Shown here piece after piece: positions 54,318-64,000 of a stretch of DNA of 64,000 nucleotides (the first letter of the stretch is position 1; each line of letters starts with the position of its first letter). The notes under the pieces were generated by a model. It was not told the origin of the DNA, searched no databases, and saw only the letters and a list, made by a program, of their open reading frames with translations. Location: assembly GCA_964016885.1 (NCBI GenBank), contig OZ024743.1, positions 169,074,001 to 169,138,000 on the forward strand, written 5' to 3'. The position numbers were made by a program, and so were the translations under genes. This stretch comes from Eledone cirrhosa. Its lineage: Eukaryota.

Positions 54318-57300
54318 CTATGAACGCTTTTTTAAACGATCAATGGAGACGGTATTTCGTTTCCCGTTCAAGTCGAGGACGAAATACTCAGGGCGTTTCT
54401 GTATCACCTTATAGGGCCCGGAATACGGCGGACGAAGTTGCGATGGAATACCGTCATTTCTAACCAAAACATGCGTCCATGTGTCGATGTCTTTTGGTAT
54501 GTGTGAAGTAACGTGCTGTTGTTTAGGGGCTGAAGGAGACAGATGCGACATCGATGACCGTAAACGGTGCACATATTTTGTTGGGTCTGGAAGTTCTTGT
54601 GGCGAAACAGGAGCGATCATTTGTCCGGGTAGAGTGAGTACGGTGCCATAAACCATTTCAGCCGGAGGATGTCCGACTCCCTCCTTAATAGTGGAACGAA
54701 TACCGAGAAGAATGAGTGGGAGGTATTCGAACCAGTTAGTCGAGTCTTCGTAAGCCTTGATAGATGACTTTAGCGGGCGGTGGAAACGTTCCACCGTGCC
54801 GTTAGCGGCAGGGTGATACGCCGTTGTACGGATGTGTTTGCACCCGAGGAGACGAGTCAGCTCGGTAAATAGGTGCGAATCGAACTGACGTCCTCTATCC
54901 GTAGTGATGGTCGCGGGTGTGCCGAAACGCGAAACCCAGTGAAACACTAGCGTTTTGGCGATAGTTTCTGCGGTAATATCCGTCAGGGGAAAAGCTTCTG
55001 GCCAGCGAGAAAATAGGTCGACACAGGTGAGAAGATGAGTGTAGTTGTGAGATGGAGGCAAAGGTCCAACGATGTCTATGTGCACATGTTGGAACCGTGC
55101 ATCAGCTGTTGCGAAAGAACCGATCGGGGCTTTGATGTGCCGGTGAATTTTCGCCTTCTGGCACGCGATACATTTCCTATACCATTCGCGGGTGTCCTTG
55201 TTGATGTTGGGCCACACAAAGCGGGCAACCATCAGTTTCTGCGTGGCGCGGACGCCAGGATGTGCCAGAGAAGGCAGTGCCGAGAAAACGTCGCGTCGAT
55301 GTTTCCGGGGCACGTATGGACGCTCGTGGCCTGTGGAGATGTCGGACCAAATATAACCCGAAGAGGTCAGTGGGCATTCCTGCAATTTCAAGGATGATTT
55401 CCGGAGTTGCAGCAGTTCCTCGTCATTCTGTTGATCCGCTGCAATCTTCTGGAGGTCGATAGTGGCAGTGGTGTGGATTGCGTTAAGCTCCATGCGCGAT
55501 AGGGCATCAGCTGCTGAGTTGGTGGCACCCTTAATGTACCGAATATCAGTAGTGTACTGAGAAATGAAGTCCAGATGTCGGACCTCCCTGGGTGAGTTTT
55601 GGTCAGGCTTGGCATTGAACGCGTACACTAGTGGTTTGTGGTCGGTGTATATGGAGAACACACGACCTTCTAGCATGTGTCGAAAATGCTTGACAGCAAG
55701 CAAATAATTTACGACTGAATGTGCTGTACTTAGTTTCGGCGGGTTTTAATCGCTTAGAGAAAAAAGATACAGGGCGCCAAATATCGCCAGAGAGCTGTTG
55801 AAGCACACCTCCAACGCTGAAATCGGATGCATCAGTCAATAAACACATTGGGCGCCAGGTTTGGGGTAACTCAGCCTCGGACAACATTTTCTTCAACTCA
55901 GCGAAAGCGGTACAGTCTTTTTCGCTGGGATTGATGTTTGCGTTTTTGGTTGTACGCTGCCGCAGCAAATCTGTGAGTGGTTGGGCTGTCTCTGCACAGT
56001 GGAGTATAAATATTCTGTAGAAGTTAACCAGGCCAAGAAATTCTCGCAGTTTGCGGAGAGATGTAGGTTGTGGAAAGTCAATGATGGATTTGACTTTCTC
56101 CTTAAGTGGGCGAATACCATCTATGTCAATGATGTGTCCCAGAAAATGAAGGGACGCAACACCGAACTCACATTTGCTGGGGTTGATAACAATTCCGTAT
56201 TCACTCAAACGTGTGAATAGGAGATCCAGGTGTTTCTCATGTACTTCATCGGAGCTGCTGGCAACCAGTAAGTCGTCAAAGTATGCGTATACAAAATGTA
56301 GACCCCTGGTGACTGAATCGATGAATCGCTGGAATGTCTGCGTTGCAGTTCGCAAACCGAAAGGCATACGCAGAAATTCGAACATTCCAAAGGGTGTTGT
56401 GACGGCGGTCTCAGGAATATCTGCGGGCTCAACGGGTATCTGATTGTAAGCTTGCACAAGATCGATCTTCAAAAATATGCGAGCCCCGTGCAGCGCGCTA
56501 GAGAAGTCCTGTAGATGAGGCACTGGATAAGAGTCAGGAACGGTGCAGTTGTTCAGTGCACGGTAGTTGTCACAGATTCGCCAGTCGTTGGACGACTTCT
56601 TGGGTACACAGTGTATGGGTGAGGACCAGTTGCTGCTGGACGGACGTATGATGCCGAGATCCAGCATGTGCTGAAATTCTTGTTTGACGGACTTCAGCCG
56701 GTCTGGTGGTAGCCTTCTAGGTCGTGCAGCGACAGGTGGGCCGTATATTTTTATGTAGTGTGTGACGTCATGTTTTACAGGGCAAGCGTTGAATAGTGGT
56801 CGAGCTACGTCTGGGTATTTGTTGATGATGTGGTTGTGCCGGGTTGTTGTTGTCGATCGTGAAATGATTGGACTGACTGTGGCTGTCCTAGCGGCTCTGC
56901 CGCGCACAGCGAGACCAGTGGAGTTGTCAACGAGACGTTGGTTTTTCAGGTCCACTAGCAGCGAGAAGTGCTGAAGAAAGTCAGCTCCTAAAATAGGGGT
57001 CGGCAGCTTAGCCACAACGAATAACCACTGGAAAGTGCAGCGTAGTCCCAAATTTAGTGTCGGGGACTGTTCTCCGTAGGTCGGAATATGAGTGATTCAC
57101 CGCCTGGAGCCAGGCTGGAGGTCTCTCTCCTTTTTCCAAGAACGCAGGAAACGGGGATGATGCTGACTTCAGCACCGGTGTCGACCAGGAAACGCGTGCT
57201 TGTGACGCGATCCTGAATGAAAAGTAGGCGACTTTGGTTATGAGGGCCAGAAACGTCCGTCGCATTCAGTTTCTAGCTGTGTCGTTTCCCTGATTCGACA

Positions 57301-57707
57301 AATGAACAGGGATGACTGCACTTTTGCGCTCGTCTCCCGAATTTTGGTGGTACCAACACATTTCTGGTGAATCCCGAGATGCGATCGGACTTCTTGAGCG
57401 TCCACCAAATCGGCGAGTTCGACTGTTGGACCGATGCGTGGCAGGGTTGCGCAGTGACAAGGCCTGAATTTGTTGCGTCAAGGCCTGTATCTGTGTTGCT
57501 TGCTGTGCCAGTAACTGGTGTAGATCGGGCATCTCTGTGGCACTGGAGGGCTGAAGGAAAGGATTGGTGGGAGGCACGGCTGGCGTCACATTCGCTAAAG
57601 TTGAGTGCACGAACCACAGTGTGCACCCAGAATGGTGGAATTCTTAATGTAAATGCCGCCCGGACTGCCATTTCAACTGTAGATGAATCGTCGGGTGCTA
57701 GAGACAT
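54318..57707 (-). pseudogene. Gypsy (CsRn1-clade-like) gag-pol: gag, protease, RT, RNase H, integrase; frameshifted
   Basis: CWYHQ..G....KC..PC CHCC knuckle; FLVDTGAEVS; YAYFDDLL; TDASD; [23 protein letters not shown]; PBS TGGTGACCC at 57750-57758. Confidence 0.92.
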
Positions 57708-58794
57708 CGTTTGTAGTGGATGATCAGAAGGTTGTGTGTCTGTTTTACAGGGTCACCAGTTTCAGGAGCATAATATATGAATGTGTAGTAAGACGCCTTA
57801 CTCCCCCTGTCGGATAATGGACCAGGCCTAGTTGTCTCCCCCTGGTTGAGAACACTATTTAAGTAAGCAGCAGTATTACTTTCTCAGACAAGCCACGGAG
57901 ACAGCAAACAGCAGACGGCCTTTGTACCACGAAACAGCAGCCAGCCTTTGGACCACGAGATCACACAGATGTCAATACACTGAACTCCTATACCGAAGCC
58001 ACAAGGATAGTGTTGGCCGAGCACTGGCTCATAACTGATTTCACTTTACTGGTCCCGTCACATTGATGACCCAGACGTGGGCGTTACATTGGTGACCCAT
58101 GACAATTGTAATACGTTGCCTTCATTTCAACTGATCACGTCTATATTGGTATGTTGTTTCATTTGTAATATAACAAACACATAATAGACAAAATAAACAT
58201 CATCCTTATTTACATTGTTGAATAGAACTCTCGTTGTGGTTATTATCTTGTCTACACACACACCCACTCACTTGTTATAATTCTATGGAGTACCTATCCT
58301 CTCACTTACGAAAATGGTAAATAGACGAGGGACTTTCCCTCACGTCTATATTGATAAATAATCCAATAAGAATTCTTCATTACCACACTGGTAACCCCGA
58401 CTAAAGAATTTTACACAGTCTTTTATTCATTTGAACTTAAATATTTCACTGTTATTACCACGTTGCCAACCTTTTCGCAACTTACTAAAGTACACAAAAA
58501 AAAAGACAGAGAAATAATAATGTTTATACGGTATTGACAAAGTATACAAAAAACCAGCCAAAATTTTTTCAAATATGGCATTGCTTTTCTGCTCCGTTTT
58601 GCAATTTTCCCGCCAGGACAGGGACATTTTGAATTGCTTGTCTGTGTTCCATATTTGATCAAGAGAAAAACTGTTTTTGTGAACATTACTGCCCCGCTGG
58701 GGATACACATGCCTTACTTTTTTTCTAAGGGATTTTTAGCCACAGGCTACCTGTTATTGATATGCAACGTGGATATATTCTAAAACAAACATTT

Positions 58795-58883
58795 TTTTTT
58801 CTCTTTTTCTCTTTTTCTCTTTTTCTCTTTTTCTCTTTTTCTCTTTTTCTCTTTTTCTCTTTTTCTCTTTTTCTCTTTTTCTC
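58795..58883 (+). repeat. (TTTTTCTC)n microsatellite in Gypsy 5' UTR
   Basis: direct reading. Confidence 0.85.
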
Positions 58884-59112
58884 GGGTTATATGATTTGGC
58901 TTGCCCGTTGAACCAACACAAGGGGACAGACGTTGAAGGAAAAACAAATTTTTTTAAAAATATATATGTACTTTATGTATTTTTGCTATTTCCTAATGTT
59001 TTGAATGTCTGTTTCTTTTTGACCTTTGATTTTTTTTCCATTTTGGGTGTTTACTTTTCCCTGTACGAGGGAACATTAATTGCTGTTTCTATTTTTTTTT
59101 AGTCGTTTCACA

Positions 59113-62100
59113 ATGAATACGCCACATTTGCCCGCCTTTACCGGAAACCCTAAGCTGTGGTTCGCCCAGCTACAGGCGTATTTTACGGTCTGTAAGACCG
59201 AGTCTGACCAGCGCCTCGCTGTCTTGATTAGCGGACTTCCCCCTAATTTAGCAGATTCGGTCCAAGACCTAATTACAGACCCCCCTCTGACTTAACGTAT
59301 GATTCTTTAAAAGGCGAGATCTTGAGAAGGAACTGTAAATCGGTAGAGAGTCGTTTTCGGTCATTTATCGAGGACGAACGATTAGGTGAGAGAACCGCTA
59401 CCGCTTTTCTCCGGCATTTGCGTGAATTGAGTGATTCCCAAGATCAGGATAGCCCTTTCCTGGAGCAATTGTTCTTCTCTCGCCTACCTCAAGAGGTACA
59501 GGCGATCCTAGCCCATATGCTAGAGTTAAACACACTCGACCACATTGCTGTCTCTGCCGACAAAATAGTAGAAGTGACGAAGAGAGACACTTCGAAGCAA
59601 AAGTACGTTGCTTCCTCTTCTCTTCCTCAATCACGCTCATCAGCGAGTGATGAGAAGTTGGTCAAAACTATGGAAGCCATGACTCGTCAAATGGCGGAGT
59701 TGTGCCAGGAACTCAGGTCTTTTGGACGGCAGAGGAGCCGCTCACGATCTTATTCAACTCCTCGGCGCCGTAGCCGTTCCAAATCTTGAAATCTATCATA
59801 TTTTTATTACCATGACAAATATGGTGACAAAGCCGCCCGTTGTAGGCCTCCTTGTGCTTACAAGGGAAACGACGACCAGAGTCACTAACGGCGGATAGTG
59901 CGCTTGCGAAACATCATCCAACCGCCACTTTTTTATTGAGGACCTGCTATCAGGTAGAGCCTTTCTGGTTGACACAGGTGCAGCTTGTTCAATATGGCCT
60001 GTGTGTTGTATGAAGGAGACTCTCCCTGAGTCACCTATTGAGTTGCAGGCAGTAAATTGTTCGCCGATTCGAACCTTCGGACAAATCTCGCTACCTTTGC
60101 AGTTCCGTAATCTGCGGCGTGAGTTTAAATGGATTTTTACTGTCGCTGCCTTGCCGTATCCGATTCTAGGCGCGGATTTTCTCCACCATTTTTCATTGAC
60201 AGTGGACCTCCGTCGTAAACGCCTAATTGATGACATCACTGGTTTTTCTGTTGTTGGCAAGGCAGCAGGAGTTCCAATGGTTAGCCCGACCTTTTTTCTT
60301 GCTAACACCGGCGATACTTACCATGCGTTGTTGAACTCGTTCCCGCAACTGACTCAGGGAAATTTTCGAGTTGATGAGCCAACTCATACCACGGAGCACT
60401 TCATAACTACAACTGGTGCTCCCGTTATTTCTCGTCCTCGTCGCTTGCCTCCGGACAAACTCAAAGCAGCACGATCAGAGTTTGATCATATGCTGCAGTT
60501 GGGGATTATTCGTCCGTCCACGAGCCCGAGGGCGTCCCCATTACACATGGTACCGAAAGCGAATGGCGATTGGAGACCTACTGGAGATTAACGACGCTTA
60601 AATTCAATGACGGAACCGGACCGTTATCCTATCCCTCATCTGCAAGACTTTGCGTCTTCGTTGCAGGGATGCAAGGTATTCTCCAAACTAGATTTAATTC
60701 GTGCGTACCATCAAATTCCTGTCCATAAAAATGACATTCCTAAAACGGCTATAGTTACGCCATTTGGGTCATTCGAGTTTTTGACTATGCCGTTCGGATT
60801 AAGGAATGCCGCTAGTACTTTTCAGCGGTTTATGGATGAGGTTACTCGCAGCCTCGATTTCGTCTATACCTATATTGACGACCTGCTCATTGCTAGTTCT
60901 TCTCAAGAGCAACATACGCACCATTTGAATCTTCTTTTCCGCCGATTGAAGGCGTATAACGTGCAGCTTAATGCACCCAAATGTGTTTTTGGTGCTGAGT
61001 CACTGACTTTCTTGGGTCACGTCATCGATGCTGACGGTATTCGACCCCGGCCTGAGTGAGTTAAGGTCATAGACGATTTGCCTCCACCGACCTCACTACG
61101 TCTGTTACGCCAGTTCTTAGGCTTGATTAATTTTTATAGGCGTTTCGTGCCAAATTGTGTAAGATTGCTTTTCTCCCTGACGGAAATTTAAAAAAATTGT
61201 CGGAAGAAGAATACAAACAATTCTTTGACAGACACTCAACTTGCTGATTTTCAGCACGCCAAAACTGCTTTGGCTAATGCTTCTTTACTGGCTCACCCGG
61301 TACCCGGTGCAAAGCTAACGCTTTGTGTTGATGCATCGGATATCGCTGTAGGCGCAGTGCTACAACAAAACATCAATGGTTACCAGCCACCGCTGGAGTT
61401 TTTTTCCAGAAAAATGAAATCTGCTGAGACGCGCTACAGCACCTTTGGAAGGGAGCTTTTAGCCATCTATTTAGCCGTGAAACATTTTTCACATATGCTA
61501 GAGGGTAGACTATTTACTATCCTCACTGACCATAAACCATTAACTTTTGCGTTGAGAGCGAAAGCTGATAAATACTCGCCCAGAGAGACGAGGCACCTTG
61601 ATTTCATCTCGCAATATCCGAACGATATCCAACACATTCCGGGTTCACTGAATACAGCGGCCGATGCTTTGTCCCGCTTACCCGTGACAGCGATCTCGTC
61701 ACCCTCTGACACAGATCTGATTCGTTTGGCTGCGGATCAGCCTCCCCTTGAGTGATTGGATGTTACATCGCCTGAGTTTGCGAATTGCGAGATGAAATAC
61801 TTGCCTCTGTCGACTGCAGTTGGCCAAATTCTCTGCGACATCTCTTTGGACGTGCCTAGGCCCTTCGTTCCAGAGAATCATCGTCGGACCGTGTTTCTGG
61901 CATTACATAGTTTCTCATATCCAGGATCTTCTGCCACAGTAAAGCTCATATCAGATAGATTTTTCTGGCCAAATATGAGGCGTGAAATTGCTGCTTGGTG
62001 CCGTTCCTGCGTCGCTTGCCAGAAATAAAAGGTCCATCGACACGTCAAGGCCCCCCTGGGTACCTTTACTAACCCAGATGCGCGTTTTTCGCACATTCAC

Positions 62101-63054
62101 ATTGATATAGTGGGAAATTGGCCTGTCAGCGACGGTTATTCTTATCTGCTGACTACAGTTGACCGTTTTTCGAGATGGCCTGAAGCCATCCCCTTGAAAA
62201 ACATCACCGCTGAGACAACAGCGCGTGCTCTGGTGTCTGGATGGATCTCTCGTTATGGAGTTCCATCCACAGTAACTACCGACCGTGGACGACAGTTCGA
62301 GTCGAGCCTTTTCCTCGAACTGTCAAAATTAATTGGTGCTAAACGCATCAGAACTACGGCGTACCATCCCGCTTCGAATGGTATGGTGGAGCGTTTTCAC
62401 CGACAACTGACGGCCTCCTTAATGGCCTCAATAGACTCGGCGCGTTGGAGCGAGTACCTCCCTATTGTGCTATTAGGGATTCGGTCAACGGTGAAGGTCG
62501 ACTTTGGATTTTCACCGGCCGAAGTACTGTACGGTGCCCCTCTGACGTTGCCCGGGCAAATGTTTGCCCCTATCGATCTTAATGCCCAAGATCACGCTTC
62601 CTACGTGTCCCGTTTGCGCTCCTATTTCCAGGATTTGCCGCCAATGGACACTAGGAAACAAACTGTCAAGACTGCTGTCCCGAGGGATATTGCCTCGTGG
62701 ACGCATGTCTTTGTAAGGAAAGATTCTGTGAAGCCCCCGCTCACACAGCCTTACACTGGACCTTACCGTGTCTTAGCGCGCTCGGCTAAGCATTTCACTC
62801 TAGATATTAAAGGGTCCAGGGAGACAGTTATAATAGACAGGCTTAAGCAGGCACATCTGGACACGGACGCTGTGGTTCCTGATTCACGAACCCCTTCGTA
62901 TTTGCCTGTTGAGCGAACGCCTGTTCCTGAACCCCATCATCGCCTGTCCCTACACCACCACCATCGCCACGTTACAAGACCACGACCCGTTCAGGTCGTA
63001 GGGTCCACTGGCCCCAAAAATTTTGCAGCACCGTCTATATTTAGACTGTGTTAG
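59113..63054 (+). pseudogene. gag-pol with several premature stops/frameshifts
   Basis: PKLWFAQL gag; FLVDTGAACS protease; YTYIDDLL RT; VDASD RNase H; [16 protein letters not shown] integrase. Confidence 0.92.
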
Positions 63055-63873
63055 CTGCACCTTTTTTTTTGCTTCTGTGTTTTTTTTTGCTTCTGCTTTT
63101 TTTTGCCTTTTTTTATGCATGCATGTTTTTTAACATTTTTCAAATCCTTATTCTGGATTTAACGATTGGTAGAGCGAATAGCTGCCCCTTGTTGCATTGT
63201 TCGCCATCTTACTCCACGTGTGAGTAATAACATCGATTTTCGATGATTTGAAAATCTGGCAGGGGATACTGTAGTAAGACGCCTTAATCCCCGCTGTCGG
63301 ATAATGGACCATGCCTAGTTGTCTCCCCCTGGTTGAGAACACTATTTAAGTAAGCAGCAGTATTACTTTCTCAGACAAGCCACGGAGACAGCAAACAGCA
63401 GACGGCCTTTGTACCACGAAACAGCAGACAGCCTTTGGACCACGAGATCACACAGATGTGAATACACTGAACTCCTATGCCGAAGCCACAAGGATAGTGT
63501 TGGCCGGGCACTGGCTCATAACTGATTTCACTTTACTGGACCCTCACATTGGTGACCCAGACGTGGGCGTTACATTGGTGACCCACGACAATTGTAATTC
63601 GTTGCCTTCATTTCAACTGATCACGTCTATATTGGTATGTTGTTTCATTTGTAATATAACAAACATATAATAGACAAAATAAACATCATCCTTATTTACA
63701 TTGTTGAATAGAACTCTCGTTGTGGTTATTATCTTGTCTACACACACACCCACTCACTTGTTATAATTCTATGGAGTACCTATCCTCTCACTTACGAAAA
63801 TGGTAAATAGACGAGGGACTTTCCCTCACGTCTATATTGATAAACTATCCAACAAGGATTCTTCATTACCACA

Positions 63874-64000
63874 AATGTTATTGGGACACGAGTAACATAA
63901 TAATTATGTCAACAGCAGAAATTAGAGATGAAATGTATGTTTATTTTGTTGTAGCACAAATAATTGTTTCTATTTTAGGCACAAGGCCAGCAATTACCCA
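63874..64000 (-). mobile_element. LTR family B 5' LTR of the minus-strand Gypsy (interrupted by the 57784-63873 insertion; runs off window)
   Basis: joins across the AATG TSD to 57761-57783 and then the PBS; homologous to 52865-53010. Confidence 0.65.

Larger units (their letters stand above)
57784..63873 (+). mobile_element. Complete Gypsy LTR retrotransposon (CsRn1-clade-like) with 604-bp LTRs and 4-bp TSD AATG
   Basis: LTRs 57784-58387 and 63270-63873 (TG...CA); PBS TGGTAACCCCGAC; PPT GGCAGGGGA; AATG at 57780-57783 and 63874-63877. Confidence 0.95.

Overview
Eukaryotic (animal) repeat-dense DNA with no recognisable host gene; the tRNA-derived CORE-type SINEs and the extreme (TA)n content suggest an octopus/cephalopod genome (inference). 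Contents: two R4/Dong-type RLE non-LTR retrotransposon copies with a near-complete L1/Tx1-type element inserted antisense in the (AAT)n between them (1-10 kb); a long mosaic of Penelope-like element (PLE) fragments and inverted pseudo-LTRs separated by (TA)n tracts (10-48 kb); an internally deleted Helitron (29.3-33.7 kb); and a nest of CsRn1-clade Gypsy LTR elements (49.9-64 kb). The most notable signal is RNA-level: an ~319-bp tandem satellite (18.47-20.80 kb) in which every unit carries a Type I hammerhead ribozyme motif with a long closing stem (retrozyme/viroid-like circular RNA candidate), plus more than a dozen additional minimal hammerhead motifs from unrelated PLE families, several with non-canonical catalytic cores. 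All alignments and folds were done by eye.
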